From: a virus
Lineage: Duplodnaviria; Caudoviricetes
Direction: 5' to 3' (one strand)
Length of the DNA stretch: 51,935 nucleotides
Virus record (IMG/VR): IMGVR_UViG_3300024344_000021
Span: 1 to 51,935 of that record
Shown here: piece by piece, positions 15,635 to 25,946 of the stretch
Numbering within the stretch: the stretch's first letter is position 1
Layout: each line of letters begins with the position of its first letter
The notes under the pieces: model-generated
Seen by the model: the letters and a program-made list of their open reading frames with translations, nothing else
What the model was told of the DNA's origin: nothing
The model's database searches: none
Made by a program: the position numbers and the translations under genes

Positions 15635-16555
15635 ATGTTACATTCAATGTTTAAAAACTCGATACATATTAATAACTTACGAGCATCGGGGTATGGTGAG
15701 GCTGACTTTCCTATAGAAGTTAAGCCTGTCTATATGCCGATTAGTGAGAATGAATGGTCGTTCTCTACCTCTGATCGTTACAAGGAATTAGAGGGTCGGG
15801 TCGTATCTATTAGACCTGACACTGGTGATGTACTAGGTTATCACAGTAAGAACTATAAGATAACTGAACACAAACCAGTGATAGAATCTATTCGGTCAGC
15901 CGTTGAGAGGGCATCAGTGAATGCTACTAACGTCAGAGAAAAGATTACAGTAGCTCATAGGGGTGCTAGGATGATCTATCAACTAGAGTTACCTGAACAC
16001 GTTATAAAAACTCCTGATGGTGATACTGCTACGCTATCCTTTTTAGGTGTCAATAGTTTTGATGGATCGTTCCCACTACTACTAAGTGTAGGTGCTAAAC
16101 AATGGGCGTGTCATAATATGCAGACATTTACTGATGATGCACTAGCTGTCTATAAATCTAGACATACTAAGGGTCTTGACATTGAGCAGGGTTCTAGGAT
16201 TATAAGCAAGGGCATGGAAGTCTTAGAAAAAGAGGCAGAGCTATGGCATTACTGGGCCAAACAAAAAGTCACTGACCATAGGAAAGTGATAGCCAATATG
16301 CTTGGTATTGAAACTGATTTGGATGGCACTAGAACTATAGTGAATACTAAAAGCACTATGTATAATTACATACTCAGTAAGTATTGCTTGCACTATGCTA
16401 AATCTATGGGTACAAATTACTGGGCGTTGTATAATGCTGTCACTGATTGGTGTACTCATGCACCATCTAAAGGTGATAAAGGTAATGTATTCTTGATGAG
16501 AAAAAAGAAAGTTAGTAAGATGTTGAATATATTTCCTAAGAGAGTAGCAGCATGA
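15635..16555 (+). CDS. DUF932/DUF945-family protein
   Basis: 'NSFDGS', 'ACHNMQ', 'RHT', 'WALYNAVTDWCTH'; start after AAGGAG. Confidence 0.75.
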   Translation: MLHSMFKNSIHINNLRASGYGEADFPIEVKPVYMPISENEWSFSTSDRYKELEGRVVSIRPDTGDVLGYHSKNYKITEHKPVIESIRSAVERASVNATNVREKITVAHRGARMIYQLELPEHVIKTPDGDTATLSFLGVNSFDGSFPLLLSVGAKQWACHNMQTFTDDALAVYKSRHTKGLDIEQGSRIISKGMEVLEKEAELWHYWAKQKVTDHRKVIANMLGIETDLDGTRTIVNTKSTMYNYILSKYCLHYAKSMGTNYWALYNAVTDWCTHAPSKGDKGNVFLMRKKKVSKMLNIFPKRVAA

Positions 16556-17334
16556 TACTAGCTAACACTTATCAAGACTTAAAACTTTTACTGGATACTC
16601 TAGATGGGTTACCTTTTGAAAAAGAAAAAGATATAGAGTTTAGAGAGGCAGTAAGAACTGTGATAGAATACTACGAGGAAAATAATAATGAACATTAACG
16701 AAGCACTAAAGGTAATGCTAAACTATTCAGACTATAACCCTGACGATATAGAATGGCAGAAAGCTTTTAATGATATTACTGAGGCTCTTGGTGTATACTA
16801 TGATAAGAGATCAGGTAACTTTGTAACTAAAGATACAGGTAATGTGATATGAATGTATATATGTTAGCGACCGTACAGGCATCAAACTTTATAGCTGACA
16901 GCCATAAGATGTGTTATATAAATAAAAAAAATGCTGAGTATATTCAAAAGCTTATGAAAGATAAACATGATACTGACTTTAAATTGTTAGAGATAGAGAT
17001 CATGGATACTGGTAATTTGGAAATGCAAACAAATATAAATATTAACGATGATAAATACGAGTGGGGTAGCCTATGCTCACAGGTTACATAATGTTTTTAG
17101 TTATATTACTAGTAGATTTTTTCTTGTACGGTATGATTACCGCTTACTTTGATGGAACTCTAGAGAGGTTAGAGAATAAATTTTATGAGAAGATTACCAC
17201 CAAATCAACTAAGGAATAAAAACTTGGTAGCTAAACACGCACATAAATTCAATAAGAATCAAGTACATAAAGATAAGCTAAAAGAAAATAAAAAAGGTTA
17301 TAAAAAACATAAAAAAATAGTTGACACAGACTAA
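16552..17334 (+). other. Run of coupled small hypothetical ORFs (e.g. 16552-16698, 16688-16852, 16849-17091)
   Basis: Overlapping start/stop codons; only 16849-17091 is in the track. Confidence 0.5.
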
Positions 17335-17349
17335 ATAGTATTGTATAAT
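17321..17349 (+). promoter_or_regulatory. Consensus sigma70 promoter for the replication operon
   Basis: TTGACA-17-TATAAT with A-rich UP-like element. Confidence 0.8.
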
Positions 17350-17379
17350 TTACATAGTTTTTAATAAATGGAGGTAAGT

Positions 17380-17817
17380 ATGGCAGTAATAAATGGTGAA
17401 GCCCACTGGGCGAACATCCTAACGCCTAACACTAAGTTCCCCGATCACTATTGGGGTGTAGAATTAGTAGTAGATAGAGATGTGGCAGAGGATTTTGCTA
17501 GTCGTGGGTTCAAGATAAAAGAACTTGAGGCAGGTCCGGCTCTTACTATTAAGAGAAAAGTAAACTGGACTGACAAGTCTGGTACTGTACACACCCGTCA
17601 GGCTCCTAGCCTTTACGACAGTAAGAAGCAATTCATAGACTGTCAGGTTGGTAACGGCTCTAAGGTTAGGGTTCAGTATAAAGAATGGCATAGCGGTCAA
17701 TGGCAGGGACTAGACCTAATAGCTATGCAGGTCATTGATCTTGTAGAGTATAACAATTCTACAGCAGGTTCAGAGTTCGAGGTTGAGGACACTGGTGGAG
17801 AGGAGGATGAACTATGA
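17380..17817 (+). CDS. ssb: Single-stranded DNA-binding protein (T7 gp2.5-like)
   Basis: 'GEAHWA', 'VGNGSKVRV', 'AMQVIDLVEY', acidic C-terminal tail; GGAGGT RBS. Confidence 0.85.
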   Translation: MAVINGEAHWANILTPNTKFPDHYWGVELVVDRDVAEDFASRGFKIKELEAGPALTIKRKVNWTDKSGTVHTRQAPSLYDSKKQFIDCQVGNGSKVRVQYKEWHSGQWQGLDLIAMQVIDLVEYNNSTAGSEFEVEDTGGEEDEL

Positions 17818-18131
17818 GTACAGAGTCCATGACTCCAAAGTTTAGAACAGATGAGGGAGACTATGATGTCACCCTTTTCTCTGATGAAGGTAAACTTAAA
17901 TTTAAGTTAGCTCAGAAAGCTATTACTGAACTAGCTGACTTGAGTGATAGAGTTATGATTCAGAGAGAAGCATTACAATCATTACGCCAAAGCATTATGG
18001 ACGATGAATGTAATGATGATACACTTATCAAACCTGAAAGAGCGAGGACTGCTACAGGACAATACAAAGCTGACGATCCTTCTACACCGGATGTAAACGA
18101 AGCATACGTTCAGCCTGACAAAGAGGACTAG
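17814..18131 (+). CDS. Hypothetical protein with C-terminal 'RAR...G..KADDPSTPDVNEAY' motif
   Basis: 105 aa coupled ORF. Confidence 0.65.
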   Translation: MSTESMTPKFRTDEGDYDVTLFSDEGKLKFKLAQKAITELADLSDRVMIQREALQSLRQSIMDDECNDDTLIKPERARTATGQYKADDPSTPDVNEAYVQPDKED

Positions 18132-18133
18132 CA

Positions 18134-19795
18134 ATGTCTTTTGCTAAATATCATTTACCCTGCCCTAGCTGTGGTGGGAGTGATCCTGTTGCCTTGAATG
18201 AAGATGGTTCGGCTTGGTGTTTTAGTTGTGACACTAGGTTTCCTAATTATGACAAGGCTGTCGAAGGTGTGGATGTTGCACCTAAAACTAGTGATATACA
18301 AACATACCGGAACAATGCTATGAATGATATTGAGGGAAGTTTTGTTGCTCTTGATGACAGAAGTATATCAGTAGACACAGCTAAGAAGTATGGTGTTAAG
18401 GCTGTAAAGAATACAAGCTCTAACGTAATCATGCGTCATTACTATCCTTACTATGTAGCAAACGAGATCACAGGATACAAGGTGCGTGAACCAAATAAAA
18501 TGTTTTCTTGGAGAGGGAACCCACAGGGAAGTGGACTTTTTGGTGAGCAGTTGTTTCAGTCTGGAGGTAAGTACATCACCATAACAGAGGGTGAATGTGA
18601 TGCCATGTCAGCCTATGAATTACTAGGTTCTAAGTGGCCTGTCGTTTCAATTAAGAATGGTGCGTCTGGTGCTGTGAGAGATATTAGAAACTCACTTGAG
18701 TTTATAGAATCTTTCGATAACGTAATCATTAATTTTGATAATGACAAGCAGGGTAGGGATGCTGCTGTTAAGGTAGCTAGACTACTCAGTCCTGCTAAAG
18801 CTAAGATACTTACCCTGCCTACTGACTTCAAAGATGCTAACGATATGCTGCGTCAGGGTAGACACAGGAGTTATGTTAGTGAGTGGTGGGCAGCAAAAAC
18901 TTACACACCTTCTGGTGTACTTAATGTAACAGATAACAAAGAGAAGTTTGATAACAGGGAACGTAAAGAATCTGTACCTTACCCGTGGGAAGGACTCAAT
19001 GATAAGCTATACGGACTTAGACAGGGAGAGCTTGTAACTCTGACGGGTGGTACAGGTCTTGGTAAATCTTCTATCACCAGAGAACTAGAACACTGGCTGA
19101 TAACACAGACCAAAGATAACGTGGGTGTCATAGCATTAGAGGAAGATTGGAAACGAACAGTAGATGGTATCATGTCTATTGAATCTAATGCTAGACTTTA
19201 TGTGGATCAGGTCAGAGAAGAGTTTACTAAACAGCAGTTAGACGATACATTTAACAGGATGTTTGATGGTGATAATAAAGATAGGGTGTGGATACACGCT
19301 CACTTTGGAGCCACTGATCTAGATGAAATCTTTTCTAAGATTAGGTTTATGATCGTAGGTTGTAACTGTAAGTGGGTAGTAGTTGATCACTTACATATGC
19401 TAGTATCCTCTGCTACTGAGGGAGATGAGAGGCGTACTATCGACAGCATTATGACTAAGCTACGATCTATAGTTGAGGAGACAGGGGCAGGGATGATACT
19501 AGTCTCTCACCTACGAAGGGTCGAGGGTAACAGAGGACATGAGAATGGTGTGACAGTAGGACTCAATCACCTTAGAGGTTCTCAGTCTATCGCTCAGTTA
19601 TCTGACTGTGTAATAGCACTTGAAAGGAATCAACAGTCGGACGATCAGATAGAGTCTAACACTACACACCTTAGAATACTGAAGTCTAGATACACCGGAG
19701 ATGTTGGTATGGCTACACATCTATTGTATGATAGGGAGACAGGCAGACTATCTGAGGTTGATGCGGAGGAGTCAGATGAACTCGCTAGTATTTGA
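18134..19795 (+). CDS. DNA primase/helicase (T7 gp4-like)
   Basis: Zn finger CPSC...CFSC, TOPRIM 'TEGECDA', 'FDND', Walker A 'GGTGLGKS', 'VVDHL', 'LRGSQSIAQLSD'. Confidence 0.95.
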   Translation: MSFAKYHLPCPSCGGSDPVALNEDGSAWCFSCDTRFPNYDKAVEGVDVAPKTSDIQTYRNNAMNDIEGSFVALDDRSISVDTAKKYGVKAVKNTSSNVIMRHYYPYYVANEITGYKVREPNKMFSWRGNPQGSGLFGEQLFQSGGKYITITEGECDAMSAYELLGSKWPVVSIKNGASGAVRDIRNSLEFIESFDNVIINFDNDKQGRDAAVKVARLLSPAKAKILTLPTDFKDANDMLRQGRHRSYVSEWWAAKTYTPSGVLNVTDNKEKFDNRERKESVPYPWEGLNDKLYGLRQGELVTLTGGTGLGKSSITRELEHWLITQTKDNVGVIALEEDWKRTVDGIMSIESNARLYVDQVREEFTKQQLDDTFNRMFDGDNKDRVWIHAHFGATDLDEIFSKIRFMIVGCNCKWVVVDHLHMLVSSATEGDERRTIDSIMTKLRSIVEETGAGMILVSHLRRVEGNRGHENGVTVGLNHLRGSQSIAQLSDCVIALERNQQSDDQIESNTTHLRILKSRYTGDVGMATHLLYDRETGRLSEVDAEESDELASI

Positions 19796-21602
19796 CATAG
19801 AGACAGACGATATAGATGCAACTAAAATATGGTGCATGAGTATCTGTGATGTAGAGACTGAACACGTTTCTTCTTATTGGGGTGATAAACTTGATGAGGG
19901 ATTAGAGAAACTAAACAAGGCTAAGAAAGTAATAGGTCACAACATCATAGGTTTTGATATACCTGTTCTCAATAGGCTACATCCTGAAACATCTTCTATC
20001 TTTAAAGATACTGCTATCGTAGATACACTGGCTATATCTAGGCTACTTAACCCTGTCAGGGAGGGAGGTCATTCTTTACAGGCATGGGGTAGTAAGTTAG
20101 GATTACCTAAGATAGAGTTTGATGACTATGATAATTTCTCTATTGATATGGTTAAGTATTGTGAACGTGATGTACTGCTTAACAAAAGAGTTTACGACAT
20201 ACTCAGGAGAGAGGCCAAAGGATTTGGTGCTGAGTCTATTAAACTAGAACAAGAGACTGCTCGTATCATAGCAGACCAACGGAAACACGGGTTCTTGTTT
20301 GACCAGAAAGCAGCATCTCTTTTAAATGCTGAGTTGAATGAGAAGCTTACTGATGTAGTAAAAGAAGTACATAAAGAATTTAAACCGCACACCACCTATC
20401 ATATACTTAGACCATCATACAAGAAGGATGGTTCTATTTCTAGGATGGGAGAGTTTCGTAACGAGAAGAATAAATCCGGTACAGTTAGAAAGTCTAGACT
20501 ATCAGATGAAGAGTTTGAAACCATGCAGTCTGATGGGGAGGTGGTAAGATCAGAGGTCATTCCCTTTAACTTAGGTTCTAGAAAACAGATAGGTGAGTAC
20601 TTACAAGAGTTTGGTTGGAAGCCTAGTAAGTTCACACCAACTGGTCAACCTATTGTAGATGAGGGTACTTTAAAAACCATAAAGGATATACCTCAAGCTC
20701 AGTTGATAGCTGATTATCTTTTATATCAGAAGCGTATAGCACAGATTGATTCTTGGTTTGATAAGGTACAGGATGACGGCAGAGTACATGGGTTTGTTAT
20801 TTCCAACGGTACTATAACTGGACGTATGACCCACCGTGATCCTAATATGGCTCAAGTACCTAGCATTTATTCTCCTTTTGGTAAGGAGTGTAGGTCTTGT
20901 TGGATTGTACCTGATGGATACAAACTGGTAGGCATAGACGCTTCAGGACTAGAACTTAGAATGTTAGCACACTATATGAATGATGAGGATTACATAAATG
21001 AAATCATCCACGGAGACATACACACCACTAATCAAAAGCTTGCAGGACTTGAATCTAGAACTCAGGCGAAGACTTTCATCTATGCCCTCATATACGGAGC
21101 CGGAGATGCAAAGCTTGGGACAGTGGTTGGAGGAAACAAAAAAGATGGTGCAGAACTTAAACAACGCTTCCTTAATAATCTCCCATCACTTAAATCTCTT
21201 AGAGACAGAGTTTCGAGAGCGGCAGGAAAGGGTTCGATTAAGTCATTAGATGGTCGAAAACTATTTGTTAGATCACAGCACAGCGCACTTAACACTTTGT
21301 TACAGGGTGGAGGTGCTGTTGTTATGAAGAGAGCCTTAGTTATTTTAAACAACTCAATACAGACTATGATGCAACATTCAAAAAGTCTGATGAAAAAAAG
21401 TTATGGAGAATATAGGATAATGGATGCACACTTTGTTGCTAACATTCACGATGAATGGCAATTAGAGGTTGACGAGGAACGTGCTGATATGGTAGGATGT
21501 CTTGGTGTAGATGCAATAAAACAAACAGCAGAATACTATAACCTTAATTGTCCTCTTGATGGGGAATACAAGGTGGGGAGTAACTGGAGTGAAACACACT
21601 AG
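19776..21602 (+). CDS. DNA polymerase family A (T7 gp5-like) with 3'-5' exonuclease
   Basis: 'FDIET', 'HNIIGFD', 'DASGLELR', motif B 'AKTFIYALIYG', 'HDEWQ'. Confidence 0.95.
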   Translation: MNSLVFDIETDDIDATKIWCMSICDVETEHVSSYWGDKLDEGLEKLNKAKKVIGHNIIGFDIPVLNRLHPETSSIFKDTAIVDTLAISRLLNPVREGGHSLQAWGSKLGLPKIEFDDYDNFSIDMVKYCERDVLLNKRVYDILRREAKGFGAESIKLEQETARIIADQRKHGFLFDQKAASLLNAELNEKLTDVVKEVHKEFKPHTTYHILRPSYKKDGSISRMGEFRNEKNKSGTVRKSRLSDEEFETMQSDGEVVRSEVIPFNLGSRKQIGEYLQEFGWKPSKFTPTGQPIVDEGTLKTIKDIPQAQLIADYLLYQKRIAQIDSWFDKVQDDGRVHGFVISNGTITGRMTHRDPNMAQVPSIYSPFGKECRSCWIVPDGYKLVGIDASGLELRMLAHYMNDEDYINEIIHGDIHTTNQKLAGLESRTQAKTFIYALIYGAGDAKLGTVVGGNKKDGAELKQRFLNNLPSLKSLRDRVSRAAGKGSIKSLDGRKLFVRSQHSALNTLLQGGGAVVMKRALVILNNSIQTMMQHSKSLMKKSYGEYRIMDAHFVANIHDEWQLEVDEERADMVGCLGVDAIKQTAEYYNLNCPLDGEYKVGSNWSETH

Positions 21603-21885
21603 TAGTAGGGCCGGAGATTTATCAGAGTACTATGCGGTAACTTGGTTGTGGGATCAAGGTTATGAAGTCTTTCCAAATGCAGGTAGTCAAGGCATGGTTG
21701 ACATGATAGCGTGGAATCCTGAGACTCAACAAACAATATTAATAGATGTAAAAACAGAAGGCGATAGATCAAAGGGACATGGTAATCATGTTAGAACTAA
21801 ACGACAAAAATCTAAGAACGTAAGAATACTTCTTTACAATAGAGAAACTCGTAAGCTTAGATTCATGGAGCACAAAGATGCCTAA
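21589..21885 (+). CDS. PD-(D/E)xK endonuclease
   Basis: 'GDLSEYY...GYEVF...VDMIA...IDVKT'. Confidence 0.7.
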   Translation: MKHTSSRAGDLSEYYAVTWLWDQGYEVFPNAGSQGMVDMIAWNPETQQTILIDVKTEGDRSKGHGNHVRTKRQKSKNVRILLYNRETRKLRFMEHKDA

Positions 21886-22729
21886 CATAGTAGATGATAT
21901 ATATGAAGCACTAATGCCTTTAACCAAAGGTAAACACTTAGATATATCAGATCAAGATATAGAACAGTTTGGGGAACGCATGAAGTCTGCGTTAAACGCT
22001 TGGGCTAGACCGCCTAGAAGAGATTCTTCATTCTCTCTTAGGATGTCAAACATAGGTAAGCCTGTCCGTAGGTTATGGTTTGACAAGAACAATCAAGTAA
22101 AAGAAGACAAGCCCCACCCTAAAACATTTATAAAGTTTTTGTACGGTCATCTACTTGAAGAAGTATTACTCATGTTATCTAGACTAACAGATAATGAAGT
22201 AGGTTCTGAACAGAAAGAAGTCGTAGTGGATGGTGTGTGTGGTCACATGGACTGTAAAATAAATGGTGAGGTTGTCGATATAAAGACAGCATCAGGCTTT
22301 GCATTTAGAAAATTTAAAGATGGGTCACTAAGAGAGGATGATCCCTTTGGATATATCAGTCAACTAACAGGTTATGAAGAAGCAGAGGGAACCGAAAATG
22401 GTGGTTTCTTAGTAATAAATAAAGAGAACGGAGAGTTATGTTTCTTTTCACCTGACGATTTAGATAAGCCTGTTATCAGGAGACAAATATCTAGTGTAAT
22501 AAAAGCTATAAATAAAACTAAACCACCTGAAGAACTTTGTTATGAACCTGTTGATGATGGTAAAAAAGGTAATAAAAAATTACACAAGAACTGTACATTT
22601 TGCCCTCACAAGTTTGAATGTTTTAAAGATTCTAATGATGGTGAAGGTCTAAGAACTTTTAAATATAACAGAGGGTTAACTTACTTTACTAAAGTAGTTT
22701 CGACACCAAGAGTTGAGGAAGTTTTATGA
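21878..22729 (+). CDS. PD-(D/E)xK exonuclease (Cas4/RecB-like)
   Basis: 'LRMSNIG', 'FLYGHLLE', 'GHMDC...VDIKT', 'YISQL..Y', C-terminal 'CTFCPHK..C'. Confidence 0.8.
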   Translation: MPNIVDDIYEALMPLTKGKHLDISDQDIEQFGERMKSALNAWARPPRRDSSFSLRMSNIGKPVRRLWFDKNNQVKEDKPHPKTFIKFLYGHLLEEVLLMLSRLTDNEVGSEQKEVVVDGVCGHMDCKINGEVVDIKTASGFAFRKFKDGSLREDDPFGYISQLTGYEEAEGTENGGFLVINKENGELCFFSPDDLDKPVIRRQISSVIKAINKTKPPEELCYEPVDDGKKGNKKLHKNCTFCPHKFECFKDSNDGEGLRTFKYNRGLTYFTKVVSTPRVEEVL

Positions 22730-23001
22730 ATAGGAGAACAAGTAAAAAAATTAATCGTAGAGCAAAAGAACTTTTGTTAGGGTGGATGCAATCTTTAGTT
22801 GACAAAGAGTCAGCAAAGAAGTATAATATGAATAACGTCCTTTCATTCACACCAAAACAAACCCACCTATATTATAATGATGGTACTTATCATGTAAGTG
22901 CTTATACATATAAGTGGTTTATCAATCAAATTAAAAAATTATATTCTCATAAAGAACTACAATCAATTACTCTTGCTGATTGTAAGGAAGTTGCTTCTTG
23001 A
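22726..23001 (+). CDS. Hypothetical protein
   Basis: 91 aa coupled ORF. Confidence 0.65.
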   Translation: MNRRTSKKINRRAKELLLGWMQSLVDKESAKKYNMNNVLSFTPKQTHLYYNDGTYHVSAYTYKWFINQIKKLYSHKELQSITLADCKEVAS

Positions 23002-23441
23002 AAATAAGAAAAGGATACAGAAAACGTAGGGTTATAAGACCTGTAGAAAAAGATGTACCTGCTACTTATGATTCCAAGTGGGAGTATTCTTTACATCAAG
23101 GAACTTTAAAGAACTGGAAACATCATAGTGATACAGTTGAGTACACTATTGAACATAAGTATCATCCTGATTTTATAAGGGTGATGGGTAAGAAAACAAT
23201 TTTACTAGAAGCTAAAGGTAGGTTCTGGGATTACCAAGAGTATAATAAATATACATGGGTAAGAAAAGCTTTACCTAAAAACACTGAACTAGTGTTCTTG
23301 TTCTCTGATCCTTATGCTCCTATGCCTCAAGCTAAAAAGAGAAAAGATGGATCAAAACGTAGTCATGCTGAGTGGGCTGAAACAAATGGTTTCACTTGGT
23401 ACAGTGAAGAAACACTACCTGATGATTGGACGGAGAAGTAA
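22998..23441 (+). CDS. Endonuclease I (T7 gp3-like Holliday junction resolvase)
   Basis: 'YDSKWE', 'YHPDF', 'LEAKGRF', 'WAETNGF'. Confidence 0.85.
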   Translation: MKIRKGYRKRRVIRPVEKDVPATYDSKWEYSLHQGTLKNWKHHSDTVEYTIEHKYHPDFIRVMGKKTILLEAKGRFWDYQEYNKYTWVRKALPKNTELVFLFSDPYAPMPQAKKRKDGSKRSHAEWAETNGFTWYSEETLPDDWTEK

Positions 23442-23780
23442 ATGAGTATTGATAATGCAACACCTAAAGAGTGGGATGATGTAAACAACGAACTACAAAA
23501 AGATGAAAGTACTTGGTCAACTAAAGTAATAGCTGATGTTGTTAATGAAACATTTAAAGATATAAATAACCCTAGTCACTACAATAGTGGAGATGTAGAA
23601 TGTATTGATGGGATAAAGGCATCACTTTCTAAAGAAGAGTTTGAAGGTTACTTGCATGGTAACATTATAAAATATGTATGGAGATTTAGATACAAAGGCG
23701 GTATCAAAGATTTACGGAAAGCAGAATGGTACTTAAAAAAACTAATAGAAGAGATTGATAATGTGGGATCGAAAAGCTGA
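23442..23780 (+). CDS. DUF3310 protein (T7 gp1.7-like nucleotide kinase)
   Basis: 'NNPSHY...ECID...GNIIKY.WR...K...DL.KA.WYL'. Confidence 0.85.
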   Translation: MSIDNATPKEWDDVNNELQKDESTWSTKVIADVVNETFKDINNPSHYNSGDVECIDGIKASLSKEEFEGYLHGNIIKYVWRFRYKGGIKDLRKAEWYLKKLIEEIDNVGSKS

Positions 23781-23857
23781 ACGTATAGCTAAGTATAATA
23801 GAAAGAAACAAAACACTTCCTACAAAAAAACTAGTAAAGGAAATAAAATTAAACACG

Positions 23858-25690
23858 ATGAATCAGAGCAAGATAGGCGAACAAGATTATTTAGGAATTA
23901 AAATAAACTATGATCTAGAAGATTATCTAGATTCTTTTACTCTATCTACAATAAAAGATAGGTATCTTTGGGAGAATGAAACTCATGCTCAAGAGGCTTT
24001 TGCTCGCGCCAGTATATTTGGTTCTACTTTTAAGGGACATACTGATTACGATCTTGCACAAAGACTTTATTCATACGCTAGTGTTCACTGGTTCATGTTT
24101 AGCACTCCTATCCTTAGTAACGGGGGTACTAGCCGTGGCCTACCTATCAGTTGCTTTCTTAATTTTGTTCCTGATTCCCGCAATGGGTTATCTACTCATT
24201 ATGATGAGAACATATGGCTCGCAAGTGGAGGTGGAGGCATCGGTGGATGTTGGAGTAGTGTGCGGAGTAATGGCGTGGACACTTCTAACGGTTCTAAGTC
24301 TACTGGTTCCATCCCTTTCATGCACGTTGTAGACTCTCAGATGTTAGCCTTTAATCAAGGCGTTACAAGGCGAGGAAGTTATGCAGCATATATGGATGTG
24401 TCTCACCCTGAGATAGAAGAGTTTATAAACATGAGGAAAACTACAGGTGGAGACTTAAATAGGAAATGTTTGAATCTTCATAATGCAGTTAGTATATCCA
24501 ATGAGTTTTTAGAGGCTGTTAAGTTAGATAAAGATTGGAGATTGATTGATCCTAAAACTAACACAGCAGTTAAGACCATCTCTTCCCGTGATCTATGGTT
24601 TCAGATAATACAAACAAGAATGGAGACAGGAGAGCCTTACATTGTTAATCTTGATATATGTAACGAGGCTCTACCAGAAGAACAAAAGAAACTAGGATTA
24701 GAGATTAAACAAAGTAACTTATGTTCTGAAATAACTTTACCTACCAATGAAGAGAGGACAGCAGTTTGTTGTTTGTCTAGCGTAAACTTAGAACACTTTG
24801 ATGATTGGTCTAAAGATGATCAGTTCATTCCTGATCTAATTACTATGTTAGATAATGTTCTTCAAAACTTTGTTGATAGTGTTCAAGGTAAAGGAGGTTA
24901 CGATAAAGCTGCTTACTCTGCTATGCGTGAGAGGTCTATAGGTTTAGGTGCTATGGGTTTTCATAGTTATCTTCAAAGAAACAACATAGCTTTTGAAAGT
25001 ATGTACGCTTCTTCTTTTAACAACAAGGCTTTCTCTTACATAAAAGACAGAGCATCTGCGACCACTCGTAAGCTTGCAGAAGAAAGAGGAGAAGCTCCTG
25101 ACATGAAGGGTAGTGGTAAACGTAACGCACACCTTCTTGCTATAGCTCCTAATGCTTCTAGCTCTATCATATGTGGTGGTACTAGCCCATCTATAGAACC
25201 TATCAGAGCTAATGTTTATACACACAAAACTTTAACTGGGAGTTTTAAAGTTAAGAACAAGTACTTGGATGATCTTCTACTTGAACTTGTTCCTACTAAA
25301 AAGAAACGTGATGAAATATGGAAAGACATAGCAGCGCATGAAGGATCAGTGCAGCACTTAGATATACTGTCAGATTCACAGAAAGAAATATTTAAAACTG
25401 CTCCTGAGATAAATCAAATATGGATAATAGAACACGCTGACATGAGACAAAATTATGTTTGTCAAAGTCAGAGTGTAAATTTATTTTTTAAACCACCCCA
25501 TTACGAGGCTGATCAAGAAACACACGATGAGTTTCTACAGTACGTCAATGATGTACATTGGGCGGGAGCAACTAAATTAAAATCACTTTACTATTTAAGG
25601 TCTGACTCTGCTAGGTCTACAGAAAATGTTAATATAAAAATACCTAGAATAAAGTTAGATGAAGAGGGGTGTCTAAGTTGTGAAGGGTAA
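23858..25690 (+). CDS. nrdA: Ribonucleotide reductase class Ia alpha subunit (short, no evident ATP cone)
   Basis: 'STPILSN', 'LPISCF', 'SNLCSEI', 'IAPNASSS', 'KSLYY', C-terminal 'CLSCEG'. Confidence 0.95.
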   Translation: MNQSKIGEQDYLGIKINYDLEDYLDSFTLSTIKDRYLWENETHAQEAFARASIFGSTFKGHTDYDLAQRLYSYASVHWFMFSTPILSNGGTSRGLPISCFLNFVPDSRNGLSTHYDENIWLASGGGGIGGCWSSVRSNGVDTSNGSKSTGSIPFMHVVDSQMLAFNQGVTRRGSYAAYMDVSHPEIEEFINMRKTTGGDLNRKCLNLHNAVSISNEFLEAVKLDKDWRLIDPKTNTAVKTISSRDLWFQIIQTRMETGEPYIVNLDICNEALPEEQKKLGLEIKQSNLCSEITLPTNEERTAVCCLSSVNLEHFDDWSKDDQFIPDLITMLDNVLQNFVDSVQGKGGYDKAAYSAMRERSIGLGAMGFHSYLQRNNIAFESMYASSFNNKAFSYIKDRASATTRKLAEERGEAPDMKGSGKRNAHLLAIAPNASSSIICGGTSPSIEPIRANVYTHKTLTGSFKVKNKYLDDLLLELVPTKKKRDEIWKDIAAHEGSVQHLDILSDSQKEIFKTAPEINQIWIIEHADMRQNYVCQSQSVNLFFKPPHYEADQETHDEFLQYVNDVHWAGATKLKSLYYLRSDSARSTENVNIKIPRIKLDEEGCLSCEG

Positions 25691-25946
25691 AGTCATAGAG
25701 GTAAAATGGGATGATGCTTGGATTGATACTGAAGATGTGCTAATATCTGAGGCGAGAAAATTAAAAGCGGTATCCCGTTCTACCGTAGGTTGGTTAGTAT
25801 CTGATAATGAAAATGAACTTATACTTGCTACCGATATGTATCACAATGATAAAGACAAAGAATATGTTAATGCAATTATGGTTATACCAAAAGGTATGAT
25901 AATAGATTATTGGGAGTATGAAGTAGATGAGCCTATTAGGAACTAG
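25680..25946 (+). CDS. Hypothetical protein ('V.WDDA...TVGW...IPKG')
   Basis: 88 aa ORF between nrdA and nrdB. Confidence 0.65.
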   Translation: MKGKVIEVKWDDAWIDTEDVLISEARKLKAVSRSTVGWLVSDNENELILATDMYHNDKDKEYVNAIMVIPKGMIIDYWEYEVDEPIRN

